Shown here: in pieces, positions 28,780 through 39,154 of the stretch
Layout of the letters: every line of letters starts with the position of its first letter
Position numbering within the stretch: position 1 is the stretch's first letter
DNA from: Eubacteriales bacterium
GTDB lineage: Bacteria; Bacillota; Clostridia; Oscillospirales; CAG-382
Length of the DNA stretch: 64,000 nt
Assembly: GCA_045652245.1 (NCBI GenBank)
Contig: JAZRTY010000033.1
Span: 139,863-203,862, forward strand
Direction: 5' to 3'
Program-made: the position numbers and the translations under genes
Notes under the pieces: model-generated
Seen by the model: only the letters and a program-made list of their open reading frames with translations
Told to the model about the DNA's origin: nothing
Databases searched by the model: none

Positions 28780-30622
28780 ATTTTTTCACTTTCTCTGCAA
28801 TATCGTAAGCCGAAATTTTTGACATTTTATAAAGAGTTTCAAGAGTTCCGTGTGCCGGTATTTCACCGTCTATTGCAAAACTGAAAATATTTTTAAAGCA
28901 GGAGCTGTTTCTGAAGTTCAATTCAGACAAGACATTCTGACAGAAACCACCGCTTAAAATTCCCTCTTCGAGTAGAACAAGATATTTTGCATTTCCCGAA
29001 AGCTCGGAAATTTTCCTGCAAACATCTTCATACGGCTTTATTTTTTCAAACACTAAAATCTTACAATTTATACCACTTTCAAGCAAGATATTTTTTGCTT
29101 TAATTGCTTCCTTGTATATTCTTCCGTAGGTCGCAATAATGACATCGGGATTCTGAAGAGAATCCGAATCGCAATAGAGATATTGCGAAATTTCCGTAAG
29201 TCCCTCGGCATCCTCACTACCCTTAGGATATCTGACTGCAACAATGCTTGTGTCGCCCACTATTGCTTCAGATAAAGTGTCTTTCAGTGACTTATAGGAA
29301 ATCGGAGAATAAATATAAGCTCCCTTAATCTGCGACAGCATTGCAACATCAAAAATCCCATGATGAGTTGCACCGTCATCGGGAGAAAAGCCTGCCCTGT
29401 CAAGCGCAAAAATACATTTCAGATTTTGAAGTGAAATATCATGAATAAGCTCATCATAGCTTCGCTGAAAAAAGCTTGAATACACAGCAAATACAGGTAC
29501 AAACCCCTGTGCTGAAAGACCACCTGCGAAAGTAACTGCGTGCTCTTCGGCAATTCCCACATCAAATGCCCTTTCCGGAAAGGCATCAAAGAAATTTTTG
29601 ATTCCGGTACCGTCAACCATTGCAGCAGTTATAGCACAGATTTTATCGTTCTCCTTTGCAAGCTCAGTGATGTATTTACCGAACTCAGAAGAGAAGGTAC
29701 TGTCGCAGGATACAGCGCCCGCAGGCTTTACCATATGAAATTTCGACGGATTTTCCTCTGCCGGTGCATATCCCTTCCCCTTAACGGTCTTAACGTGTAC
29801 AAATGCACTTCCGCCTTGTTTTTTTGCCTGGCGAATAACCCTCTCAAGAGTAACAAAATCATTTCCGTCAACAGGACCGTAGTAGGTAAACCCGAAATTT
29901 TCAATTATATTGGTGTTAAGTATTGCATTCTTCAGTACCTTTTTGATTCTTCTCATTCCTGCAGCAATTGAAGATCCTGCGAACGGAATTTTCTCTACAA
30001 CTCTTATAAAGGTACTCTTAAATTTAAAGTAATTCTCCTTACTCCTTATTCTTGAAATCATCCTTGACGTGTTGCCGACACTCGGAGAAATTGACATACC
30101 GTTTTCATTAAAAATGACAATAAGATTCAGATTTGGTGAGCAATTATTAAGCGCCTCATACGCAAGACCTCCGGAAAAAGCGCCGTCACCGACAACCGCA
30201 ACTGCATAATCATCATTCCCGGACAGCTTGTTTGCACTAGCAATTCCAAGGGCTGCAGAAAGAGCAGTGCTGCTGTGACCGGTTCCGAATGCATCATACT
30301 CACTTTCTGACATTTTAGGAAAGCCCGATATACCGCCCTCTCTTCTGAGAGTTGAAAAACTGTCTTTTCTTCCTGTAATGATTTTTGAAACGTACGACTG
30401 ATGTCCTACGTCAAAAATTATCTTATCACGAGGTGCGTCAAAAACTCTGTACAGAGCAAGTGTCAACTCAACCACACCAAGATTTGATGCAAGATGACCA
30501 CCTGTTTTTGAAACACTATCTATTAAAAAAGCTCTTATTTCTCCGGCAAGAGACTTTATTTCAGCATTTGAAAGCTTACGAACATCTGCCGGCGAAGAAA
30601 CGGAATCAAGATACTTATACAT
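28754..30622 (-). CDS. dxs: 1-deoxy-D-xylulose-5-phosphate synthase
   Basis: GGHLASNLGVVELT, DVGHQSY, GDGAFSGG and FDVGIAEEH motifs. The start is ambiguous between ATG 30622 and GTG 30634. Overlaps the tlyA start by 26 nt. Confidence 0.93.
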   Translation of the reverse strand: MYKYLDSVSSPADVRKLSNAEIKSLAGEIRAFLIDSVSKTGGHLASNLGVVELTLALYRVFDAPRDKIIFDVGHQSYVSKIITGRKDSFSTLRREGGISGFPKMSESEYDAFGTGHSSTALSAALGIASANKLSGNDDYAVAVVGDGAFSGGLAYEALNNCSPNLNLIVIFNENGMSISPSVGNTSRMISRIRSKENYFKFKSTFIRVVEKIPFAGSSIAAGMRRIKKVLKNAILNTNIIENFGFTYYGPVDGNDFVTLERVIRQAKKQGGSAFVHVKTVKGKGYAPAEENPSKFHMVKPAGAVSCDSTFSSEFGKYITELAKENDKICAITAAMVDGTGIKNFFDAFPERAFDVGIAEEHAVTFAGGLSAQGFVPVFAVYSSFFQRSYDELIHDISLQNLKCIFALDRAGFSPDDGATHHGIFDVAMLSQIKGAYIYSPISYKSLKDTLSEAIVGDTSIVAVRYPKGSEDAEGLTEISQYLYCDSDSLQNPDVIIATYGRIYKEAIKAKNILLESGINCKILVFEKIKPYEDVCRKISELSGNAKYLVLLEEGILSGGFCQNVLSELNFRNSSCFKNIFSFAIDGEIPAHGTLETLYKMSKISAYDIAEKVKKYENRCISC

Positions 30623-30853
30623 CCTTGTCACCACAAAAATTAAAAAGATTTAAATCATACTGAATAATTATAACATATATTCCCGCAAAATACAAGTGTT
30701 TCTCACAAGTAAAATGCAAATTTCATCATTTTATACACTAAAATATACATAATGTATAAAAGAAACCAATAAAATGTTCACACATACGTAATAATCAATT
30801 TCGATTTTTAATGTATAATAATTATTACGAAAACATAACAGAAAGGTAAATCA

Positions 30854-32998
30854 ATGGAAAAAATCATCGAAATCATATCACGGGAACTTGACAAGAATCC
30901 TGTTCACGTTGAAAATGTAATAAAGCTTATTGACGAGGGTAATACAATACCGTTTATTGCAAGATACCGTAAGGAAATGCACGGAACTATGGACGATACA
31001 ACGCTACGAGCACTTTACGACAGACTCAATTACCTGAGAAATTTAGCACAGCGTCGCCTTGAAATCATCCATTCAATAGAGGAACAAGGAAAACTCACCG
31101 AAGAGCTTGCTCAAGCAATAGAAAATGCTGCAACAATGACAGAGCTTGAGGATATATACAGACCCTACAAGCAAAAGAGAAGAACAAGGGCAACAATTGC
31201 AAAGGAAAAGGGACTTGAGCCTTTGGCTACTGTCATTTTTGAACAGACGGCAAACATTTCTCCGGCACAGGAAGCTGAAAAATATATCTCTCCCGAAAAC
31301 GAGGTTGAAACCATTGAAGATGCCCTTGCAGGTGCTTCAGACATTATTGCTGAATGGATTTCCGATAATGCCGACATAAGAAAAGCCCTGCGTGCAAAAA
31401 TTCTGACAACCGGAATACTCACTTCAAGTGGTGATGCTGACAAAGAATCAGTATATACTATGTACTACGATTTCAAGAGAGATATTTCAAAAATCCCCGG
31501 ACATCAGATTCTCGCAATTAACCGAGGCGAAGATGAAGAATTTTTGAAGGTCTCGGTAGAGATTCCCGAAGAAACAGCGCTTGAAATAATCTATTCTGAA
31601 TGTATAACTTCAAATGGTGAAAGTGCTGACTTTGTAAAGGCATCTGCACAGGATTCCTATTCAAGACTTATTTTTCCGTCAGTTGAAAGAGAAATAAGAA
31701 ATCATCTGACGGATATTGCAAATGAGGGTGCAATACATAATTTTGCACTTAATCTGAAGCCCCTGCTTATGCAGCCTCCGATAAAAGGCAAGGTTACAAT
31801 GGGCTTTGACCCGGCTTACAGAACAGGCTGTAAAATTGCAGTTGTTGACGGAACCGGAAAGGTGCTCGATACCTCGGTTGTATATCCGACTCCCCCTCAC
31901 AACAAAATCGAAGAAGCAAAGCTGAAGCTGTCCTTCCTCATCAAGAAGTATAGTGTTGAAAGCATAGCAATTGGAAACGGTACTGCTTCAAGAGAATCGG
32001 AAAAGTTTGTATCTGATATGCTAAAGGATTTCCCGAATGTAGGCTACGTTATCGTTAACGAAGCAGGTGCCTCTGTTTATTCAGCTTCGAAGCTCGGAGC
32101 CGAGGAATTCCCGGATTATGATGTATCTCTGCGAAGTGCCGTGTCTATTGCAAGACGCCTTCAGGACCCATTGGCAGAGCTTGTAAAGATTGACCCAAAA
32201 TCAATAGGAGTAGGTCAGTATCAGCACGATATGCCTCCGGCAAGACTTGACGAAGCGCTCGGAGGTGTTGTTGAAGACTGTGTAAACGCCGTTGGTGTCG
32301 ACATAAATACCGCTTCCCCCTCTCTGCTGAAAAATGTATCGGGACTTAACGGTACAACTGCTAAAAATATAGTTGCTTTCCGTAATGAAAATGGAGCATT
32401 CACATCAAGGAAGCAAATTATAAAGGTGCCAAAACTCGGGCCAAAAGCATTTGAACAATGTGCAGGCTTTTTGCGTGTTCCCGAAAGTAATAACATTCTT
32501 GATAATACAGGTGTACATCCGGAAAGCTACAATGCTGCTGAAAAGCTCTTGTCACTGTGCGGTTATACTCTTGACGACGTAAAAAAAGAAAGTCTTTCAG
32601 AGCTTCCCGAAAGACTTAAAAAGGTTGGAGAAAAGAGAGCAACCGAAGAATGCGGGGTTGGAGTTCCGACCATTCTTGATATTGTAAAAGAGCTATTGAA
32701 GCCGGGGCGCGACCCACGAGACGAGTTACCTGCACCGGTTCTCAGAAAAGATGTTATGGAAATATCTGATCTTCTTCCCGATATGGTACTTTCGGGTACT
32801 GTCAGAAATGTTATAGATTTCGGAGCCTTTGTCGATATCGGAGTACACCAGGACGGACTTGTACACATTTCGCAAATCAGTAATAAATTTATAAAGCATC
32901 CCTCTGAGGTAGTTTCGGTTGGAGATATAGTTAAAGTCAAGGTGCTTGAGGTTGATGTAAACAAAAAGAGGATTTCCCTTACAATGCGTGATGTTTAA
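30854..32998 (+). CDS. tex: Tex-like transcription accessory protein with C-terminal S1 RNA-binding domain
   Basis: 714 aa. N-terminus ...IKLIDEGNTIPFIARYRKEMHG, YqgF-like and HhH regions, terminal S1 domain. Confidence 0.92.
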   Translation: MEKIIEIISRELDKNPVHVENVIKLIDEGNTIPFIARYRKEMHGTMDDTTLRALYDRLNYLRNLAQRRLEIIHSIEEQGKLTEELAQAIENAATMTELEDIYRPYKQKRRTRATIAKEKGLEPLATVIFEQTANISPAQEAEKYISPENEVETIEDALAGASDIIAEWISDNADIRKALRAKILTTGILTSSGDADKESVYTMYYDFKRDISKIPGHQILAINRGEDEEFLKVSVEIPEETALEIIYSECITSNGESADFVKASAQDSYSRLIFPSVEREIRNHLTDIANEGAIHNFALNLKPLLMQPPIKGKVTMGFDPAYRTGCKIAVVDGTGKVLDTSVVYPTPPHNKIEEAKLKLSFLIKKYSVESIAIGNGTASRESEKFVSDMLKDFPNVGYVIVNEAGASVYSASKLGAEEFPDYDVSLRSAVSIARRLQDPLAELVKIDPKSIGVGQYQHDMPPARLDEALGGVVEDCVNAVGVDINTASPSLLKNVSGLNGTTAKNIVAFRNENGAFTSRKQIIKVPKLGPKAFEQCAGFLRVPESNNILDNTGVHPESYNAAEKLLSLCGYTLDDVKKESLSELPERLKKVGEKRATEECGVGVPTILDIVKELLKPGRDPRDELPAPVLRKDVMEISDLLPDMVLSGTVRNVIDFGAFVDIGVHQDGLVHISQISNKFIKHPSEVVSVGDIVKVKVLEVDVNKKRISLTMRDV

Positions 32999-33657
32999 AG
33001 TGGAAATTTATAAATAAAAGTCGGAAATCCGTTTTCTGCATTTGCAAGAGTTCCTTCATCAAACCAGAAGGCAAGACCGTTACATGTCAGGAAGAAATTT
33101 GAAGGATTTACCTTTCCCGCATACCTGCGTATACTTTTTTCCGAATAATCAAATTCGCATTTTTCACTCTTTATCTGCTGCATAATAATTTCGCAAATTC
33201 TTTTTCTGACATCCTTCCTTCTGATACAGTGCTCCTTTTCAAAATACTCAAAGGGTAATACAATTTTATTTTCACACGACCAGACGAACGCAAATCGTCT
33301 GGTCTCTTTTTTATAACCGTCAAAATGAGAGATATCACATACCACCGAAATGTATTTTTCGCTGCTGTATGTAATAAAATACTTCATTATCTCTCCACAT
33401 GCACGAAATAACGTATCATTTCTTTGTTTTTTCATCAGCCTTCTGAATAATGTTTCCTCACACCAGGACAAATAATTATTTGCAATCTTCTCGTAAAAGG
33501 AATTGAATATAGCAGAAAATTCAGTCTCTCCAGATAGCTGTGGGTATTCAATGTTAATTTCAAGCAATGAGATGTCTTCATTTTTCAGCGACCTTCTTAT
33601 TTTACGGCATTCGACCTTGTAAAGCGGGGTTAATTCTAAAGTGGTTTCTTTCTTCAT
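32995..33657 (-). CDS. hypothetical protein (possibly DUF4163/DUF3298-like)
   Basis: 220 aa ORF. The weak resemblance (EINIEYPQLSG...FNSFYEKI) to the PdaC/RsiV-type domain is not verifiable here. Its stop overlaps the tex stop. Confidence 0.5.
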   Translation of the reverse strand: MKKETTLELTPLYKVECRKIRRSLKNEDISLLEINIEYPQLSGETEFSAIFNSFYEKIANNYLSWCEETLFRRLMKKQRNDTLFRACGEIMKYFITYSSEKYISVVCDISHFDGYKKETRRFAFVWSCENKIVLPFEYFEKEHCIRRKDVRKRICEIIMQQIKSEKCEFDYSEKSIRRYAGKVNPSNFFLTCNGLAFWFDEGTLANAENGFPTFIYKFPL

Positions 33658-33749
33658 AAAAAGCTCCTGTCAGAATAACTAAATAAAAATTGGTTATGTT
33701 ATCTATGTAAAAGACAAATTTTCCTCCCGTCAGGGATGACGGTGAAACG

Positions 33750-35174
33750 GTGATTAATATGACAAAAAACGTAATATCAGAAATACAGAATAAATTTAGC
33801 TCCTGTGCCGATTTTGCCACAAGAGAAGCAACCAATAAAGCAGGCTCTTCCTTCAAACTTTTTTATATAATTAACCTTTGTCAGAAGCAATATGTTTCCG
33901 AAAGTATTATTAAACCTCTGATTCTGTCGGATATTGTCCTTACAAAAGAAAATATAACCTCGCAAATGGCAGCTCTGCCAATGAGTGAGTGTACCAATAT
34001 TAATACCTGTATTCAGAAATTACTTCTTGGGAATGCAGTAGTTGCAATTGAAGATAATAACAGCATTATCGCATATGCAATAGACTCAAAAAATGACGAC
34101 AACAGAAGCATATCCGAGCCTGACAGCGAAATTGTTGTCAGAGGCCCGAGACAGGGGTTTATTGAAAGTGCAGAAGCAAATGTAACACTTCTTCGTAAAA
34201 TTATCAAAAGTACCTCTCTTAAGGTTATTAACAAAACAGCAGGCGATGAATCAAACACTTCTATTAAGGTTATGTATTATGAGGGAATAGCAAGAGAAGA
34301 TATCCTCAAAAAAGTCATTGATAAAATTGATAGCATAAAAATATCCTCCTGCATTGATTCGGGTTATCTTGAACAGTTTTTTCAAAGTAAAAAGCACCCC
34401 TTCCTGTCAGAGGTCGGAAACAGCGAAAAGCCCGATAAGGTTGCAGCGAAAATTTTAGGTGGCAGAATAGCAATCATCTGTGACGGAAGTCCGGTTGTCC
34501 TGACTGTACCGTACCTTTTTATCGAAGGACTACAGTCAAGTGAGGACTACCTGAAAAACAAATTCTATGCTACCTTTTCAAGAATCCTGCGAATACTCGG
34601 ACTTCTCATTTCACTATATTTACCTGCAGCTTATATAGCCATAATCGGCTTTCACAAGGGAGCGCTTCCATATTCGCTGTATAAACTTCAGACGCAGCAG
34701 CGAAGCGACATCCCCTTTGGAATTTTCACCGAAATGCTGATAATTCTCACTATATTTGAGCTTATCAGAGAGGTAGGCGTACGCATTCCGAAAGCAGTTG
34801 GCAATTCCCTGAGTATTGTCGGAGGTCTCATTTTAGGAGACGCAGCAATTAAGGCAGGAATAGCAAGTGAAACAGCAATAATGATTGCGGCACTGACCGC
34901 TATTTGTAATTTTATGAATCCAACCTTTATGAACATTGGGGTCCTTGTACGTTTTGCAAATTTATTCCTTGCAAAAGCCTTTGGCTTTTTCGGGCTCTCG
35001 GCAAGCCTTATTCTGATATGTACTTCGCTTTGCAGTAAATATTCCTTTGGTGTCCCGTATCTGTCCCCAATCGCACCGATAAATAAAAATATTACTAATG
35101 ACACATTAACGGTTTTACCGAAAAAATCCATAAAAAAAGAACAGGATGAGCTTATTCCGTATGGAAAAAAATAA
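33750..35174 (+). CDS. GerA-family spore germination protein (germinant receptor A subunit)
   Basis: 474 aa. Soluble N-domain with EPDSEIVVRGPRQGFIESAEANVTLLRKII, then 4-5 C-terminal TM helices. The start is GTG 33750 or ATG 33759. Confidence 0.85.
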   Translation: MINMTKNVISEIQNKFSSCADFATREATNKAGSSFKLFYIINLCQKQYVSESIIKPLILSDIVLTKENITSQMAALPMSECTNINTCIQKLLLGNAVVAIEDNNSIIAYAIDSKNDDNRSISEPDSEIVVRGPRQGFIESAEANVTLLRKIIKSTSLKVINKTAGDESNTSIKVMYYEGIAREDILKKVIDKIDSIKISSCIDSGYLEQFFQSKKHPFLSEVGNSEKPDKVAAKILGGRIAIICDGSPVVLTVPYLFIEGLQSSEDYLKNKFYATFSRILRILGLLISLYLPAAYIAIIGFHKGALPYSLYKLQTQQRSDIPFGIFTEMLIILTIFELIREVGVRIPKAVGNSLSIVGGLILGDAAIKAGIASETAIMIAALTAICNFMNPTFMNIGVLVRFANLFLAKAFGFFGLSASLILICTSLCSKYSFGVPYLSPIAPINKNITNDTLTVLPKKSIKKEQDELIPYGKK

Positions 35175-35187
35175 AATCATTGAAAAG

Positions 35188-35700
35188 ATGTTGAAAAAAA
35201 TTCTTATAACTTTTGCAGTAATATTATTGGCATTACCTTTAAACTCCTGTACCGATGCATTCAGTAAAAAAGAAGCCTACTGCTTTTCTGCAGTATTTGA
35301 TAAAGCAAACGACAACTATAATTTTACCGTTTTTTGCAAGGTACACTCAGACAATAACAGTGAAAAAAACAAGACAGAAACCCTAAGCCTTGATTTTATG
35401 GCAAAAAGTCCTATTGAAGCAATAAAGAGGTCCGAAAAGCACAATTATGAAATTTATTATAAAAGCTGCATAGCGCTCTTCTTTTCGGATTCACTTTCGG
35501 ACGGTGAAATTTATGAAATATTAGTGACTATACTCAATGATACAAAATATCAATCATATGTTTATATCTTTAATGAACAGCAAAGTATTGATGCATTAAA
35601 AACAGAAGCAGAAAAAATAGCAGCAAACGAAAAAATCGATTATACTTCAAAGGGAAAATTCATAACACTAACAGAATATATTAAAAATAAACAGTTTTAA
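35188..35700 (+). CDS. short lipoprotein in the GerC position of the germinant receptor operon
   Basis: Signal peptide and lipobox-like MLKKILITFAVILLALPLNSC. Only ~170 aa against ~370 aa for typical Ger(x)C. Start uncertain: 35146, 35161 or 35188. Confidence 0.5.
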   Translation: MLKKILITFAVILLALPLNSCTDAFSKKEAYCFSAVFDKANDNYNFTVFCKVHSDNNSEKNKTETLSLDFMAKSPIEAIKRSEKHNYEIYYKSCIALFFSDSLSDGEIYEILVTILNDTKYQSYVYIFNEQQSIDALKTEAEKIAANEKIDYTSKGKFITLTEYIKNKQF

Positions 35701-35716
35701 GTAAAGGAGAACCATT

Positions 35717-36751
35717 TTGAAAAAGCTTACAGAAAATCTGAGGTATGGTACCATCACACTTCTATACCTTATTTCGACGGTATTTATTTTTAATATAACA
35801 CGTCTTACCGAAAATTATATCTCCTTTGCTTCGTTTATTGTGTTTTCTATAGCTTTAAATTTTCTCACAAAACCCGGCAGTTATTCTGTAAAATCATTAA
35901 ATGTAATTGCACTTTTATTTGGAATTTCTCTTGAGTTTTACTGTATTCTGAATATATTTCGTTATAGCTCAGACAACAATACCACAATGGCAGGCAGCTT
36001 TGTTTTTGCCATAATAATTCTACTCGTATCCTTTTCAGCTGTTTTGCTGCGAGGAATTTACACTTTACTCAAAACCTCAAACATTATCTTTTTCTTACCT
36101 TTAATTCCCCTGCTGGTTTTACCGTTGTTTTTTCTGAGAGGTACTCCCTATTTCTCTGCTGTATTCAAAAGTCCGGAATATTCACAGATGCTTCCAAGTA
36201 TACTATACGGAGTAAAGGGAGCAATTCTTCTCTTTTCTGATATCTGTATAATAAATATTATGCAAAAAAAGGAAAAATGTTATCACGCCTCTTCCTCAAC
36301 TCTTTTATATTTTCTTGCTTTAGCGCTCATTGTAACAACAAACATTATATACAGACTAATCTTCGGTGTTACAACGGCAAGTAACCTCATTTCGCCAATA
36401 TTCTCAGCGCTGAGTGTCATCGCAAGGCTTGGGCTTGACGAAACAGTATCTTTTATTTTTTCTGTATGTCTGATTTTCCGTCAAAGCTGTAAAATTACCG
36501 GAATACTCTCCTTGCTTGAGATAAAGAAAATAAAAAGCTTCTCTTATTCGGCAGCCGTCTGCTCCGGTACAATATTTGCTCTTTTCGGAGTATTACTGAT
36601 TTATAAAAGAATTATGGATATAAGTCTGTTTTTCAACATAGTGGTATTACTGTATTTCCTATCTTATGTTTTAGTTCCGGTTATTGGCAGACTTTTTTTG
36701 CAAAAGAAAGAAAATGACCTTTCTTCGACAGAATCTGCAAGAAAAAAATGA
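35717..36751 (+). CDS. polytopic membrane protein in the GerB (germination permease) position
   Basis: 344 aa with ~10 predicted TM helices. TTG start preceded by an AAAGGAG RBS. Assigned by context and topology only. Confidence 0.5.
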   Translation: MKKLTENLRYGTITLLYLISTVFIFNITRLTENYISFASFIVFSIALNFLTKPGSYSVKSLNVIALLFGISLEFYCILNIFRYSSDNNTTMAGSFVFAIIILLVSFSAVLLRGIYTLLKTSNIIFFLPLIPLLVLPLFFLRGTPYFSAVFKSPEYSQMLPSILYGVKGAILLFSDICIINIMQKKEKCYHASSSTLLYFLALALIVTTNIIYRLIFGVTTASNLISPIFSALSVIARLGLDETVSFIFSVCLIFRQSCKITGILSLLEIKKIKSFSYSAAVCSGTIFALFGVLLIYKRIMDISLFFNIVVLLYFLSYVLVPVIGRLFLQKKENDLSSTESARKK

Positions 36752-36788
36752 TATACTTTCAACAAAAGAAACTGAAAGGCGCAGGATT

Positions 36789-37097
36789 ATGGAAGTAAAT
36801 GTAAGAAAAATCAACAACAGTCTTTATATTTCTCTTGATGGCGAAATTGACCATCACGAAGCTGCAAAAATTCGTGATGGTCTTGACGATTTAATATTTG
36901 AAGAGCGTCCCCTTGAGCTTATATTTGATTTTTCAAAAATAAGATTTATGGATTCTTCGGGGTTGGGGCTTGTTCTCGGAAGATACAGAATAATAAAAGA
37001 GCTCGGAGGAAGTGTGAAAATAGTCGGAGCTTCAGAGCAGCTTGAAAAAATTTTTATAATGTCTGGAGTCGACAAAATCGTAAAAATACAAAAATGA
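36789..37097 (+). CDS. spoIIAA: anti-sigma F factor antagonist SpoIIAA (STAS)
   Basis: MEVNVRKINNSLYISLDGEIDHHEAAKIRD...IRFMDSSGLGLVLGRY, including the phosphorylatable Ser in DSSGLG. Start moved from the track's 36684. Confidence 0.9.
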   Translation: MEVNVRKINNSLYISLDGEIDHHEAAKIRDGLDDLIFEERPLELIFDFSKIRFMDSSGLGLVLGRYRIIKELGGSVKIVGASEQLEKIFIMSGVDKIVKIQK

Positions 37098-37107
37098 GAG
37101 GGACAAT

Positions 37108-37569
37108 ATGAAAAGAAAAGAAGTAATAAACAGTGTAAAGGCAACGTTTCCCGCAATAAGTCAAAATGAAGCGATTTGCCGAAGTATGGCGGCAATTTTT
37201 ACCTCACAATGCAATCCGACAGTTGAAGAACTTGCAGATGTAAAAACAATAATTTCCGAAGCAGTTACAAATTGTATAGTACACGCATATAAAAACGCAC
37301 CCAATGAAACAAAAAAATACATATACATAACAGCGCAGCTTTACCGTGACAATACGCTGAAATTCACAATAAAGGACAACGGCTGTGGAATTTCTGATAT
37401 AAATATGGCAATGCAGCCACTTTACACAACAGATGCCGAAAATGAGCGCTCGGGCATGGGACTTCCGATAATGCAGTCATTTTCAGATACCTTCAAAATC
37501 AAGTCGAAGCCCGGAATAGGTACAACAATAATCTTTACTAAAAAAATCAGTAAGTCGGATGAATATTAA
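37108..37569 (+). CDS. spoIIAB: anti-sigma F factor / serine kinase SpoIIAB
   Basis: HATPase_c motifs (EAVTNCIVHAY, DNGCGISD, ERSGMGLPIM, GIGTTI). Lies between spoIIAA and sigF. Confidence 0.92.
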   Translation: MKRKEVINSVKATFPAISQNEAICRSMAAIFTSQCNPTVEELADVKTIISEAVTNCIVHAYKNAPNETKKYIYITAQLYRDNTLKFTIKDNGCGISDINMAMQPLYTTDAENERSGMGLPIMQSFSDTFKIKSKPGIGTTIIFTKKISKSDEY

Positions 37570-38275
37570 AGATAAAAACAAAAATCTTTTAAAAAGCTAT
37601 AAAGACGGCGATTGTGACGCATTTGATGCACTTATCGAGAATAACCTGGGACTTGTCAAAAGTATTGCACAAAGATACATAAACAGAGGAACAGACTTTG
37701 AGGACCTGTTTCAGATTGGCAGTATCGGACTTATTAAAGCTGCAAATTCCTTCGATTTATCACTTGGCTTTGAGTTTTCAACCTATGCTTTTACAATGAT
37801 AAACGGTGAAATCAGACGCTTTCTGCGTGACGACGGACTTATTAAGGTTTCAAGAAGTACAAAGAAAAACTGTGCAACACTACTTTGTGAAAAAGAAAAG
37901 TATATTTTTGAAAACGGATTTGAGCCGAAAATAGAATACCTTGCAAAGAAATGCAATATCAGTCTTGAAGAAGCAATCTTTTGTATCGGTGCGATGAATC
38001 CTGCCTTATCACTCAACAGTACCGATGACGAGGATGACAACGATATTTCTCTTGAAAACAAAATCGGAAAGGATTTTACCGGAGATTTTATCGAAAAACT
38101 TGCACTCAAGGAAGCAATAGATAAATTACCTGAACAGGAGAGAATACTTATAAATCTTCGTTATTCAGCATCTCTTACACAAAGCGAGGTTGCAAAAAGA
38201 CTTAATACCACACAGGTAAAAATATCAAGAAGCGAAAAGAAAATTCTTGAAAAACTAAAAGTTATGTTGACATAA
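37559..38275 (+). CDS. sigF: sporulation sigma factor SigF
   Basis: Sigma-70 regions 2-4 (DLFQIGSIGLIKAANSFD, FSTYAFTMINGEIRRFLRDDGLIKVSRS, TQSEVAKRLNTTQVKISRSEKK). Overlaps spoIIAB by 11 nt, as in the spoIIA operon. Confidence 0.9.
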   Translation: MNIKDKNKNLLKSYKDGDCDAFDALIENNLGLVKSIAQRYINRGTDFEDLFQIGSIGLIKAANSFDLSLGFEFSTYAFTMINGEIRRFLRDDGLIKVSRSTKKNCATLLCEKEKYIFENGFEPKIEYLAKKCNISLEEAIFCIGAMNPALSLNSTDDEDDNDISLENKIGKDFTGDFIEKLALKEAIDKLPEQERILINLRYSASLTQSEVAKRLNTTQVKISRSEKKILEKLKVMLT

Positions 38276-38282
38276 TAAATAT

Positions 38283-38306
38283 CCACCCGCATAGCGGGTG
38301 GTTTTT
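38283..38306 (+). terminator. intrinsic terminator of the spoIIA operon
   Basis: CCACCCGC-ATA-GCGGGTGG followed by TTTTT. Confidence 0.85.
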
Positions 38307-38354
38307 CATTGTATCAAGAAAATGCTCCTGAAGTAAAAGTTCAGGAGCTTGAAT

Positions 38355-38885
38355 TTATTTTATTAAATTATGCTTTTGAAATTTTCTGATTTTTCTAACT
38401 TCGATAATTTGCAGAATAAACAAAACAATGTGCCCGACAAATGTAATTTGTGAAACAAAAAATGCAATTCCCACAAGAATCTCATTCTGTATCAAGGTAA
38501 AGAAAAAATACGCACCACCTATATCACCAAAATCCGGCAGGAATAAATATGCGACAAGATAAGAAATCATAAACATGAGATTCATTATTTTAATTTGGGG
38601 TGATATATCTGTATATTTTACAAAAAACATATTCGACACAAAAAATACCGTAGCGTGAATTACAGGAATCAAAAGCCACAACATAATAACACGGAACCAA
38701 CCGATATTTATAAATGAAGCGGCAGTTAAAAGCATTATAGCTAGTGTTGTAAATACTTTTCTTTTAGGAATTTGAGATTTCCTTTGCAGAGCTTTTATTA
38801 TATTGATGATCAAAAAAACTAATGAAAAGACGGCTATCCCCATCCAAACAAACAATATAAATTTCATTCCAATTATATCCATCAT
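38355..38885 (-). CDS. hypothetical integral membrane protein
   Basis: 176 aa with ~5 TM helices. No family recognised. Confidence 0.55.
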   Translation of the reverse strand: MMDIIGMKFILFVWMGIAVFSLVFLIINIIKALQRKSQIPKRKVFTTLAIMLLTAASFINIGWFRVIMLWLLIPVIHATVFFVSNMFFVKYTDISPQIKIMNLMFMISYLVAYLFLPDFGDIGGAYFFFTLIQNEILVGIAFFVSQITFVGHIVLFILQIIEVRKIRKFQKHNLIK

Positions 38886-39154
38886 TTATGTTCTCCTATT
38901 TAGAAATTCACGAATCAAACATATAGTTATAGTAATACATCCTATGATTTTCAGTATCATAAATTGCTATTGAAAAATTATAAGAGTTTCTTTCAAACAA
39001 TTCAGAATCATCACTCTTATCTTTACTCTTTGCGTGCCTATACTCAAAAAAATAATATCCCTTTTCTACTAATCTTAAATCAACTCAGAATAAAAAATCA
39101 CAACTGTAGATAAGCAAGCATATTATATACAAAAAATATTTATAGGTGAATTAT

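Noticed and set aside
32563-32964. 133 aa minus-strand ORF within tex, and 34688-35131 (147 aa) within the gerA-type gene
   Set aside because: Both are antisense shadow ORFs inside long conserved genes.
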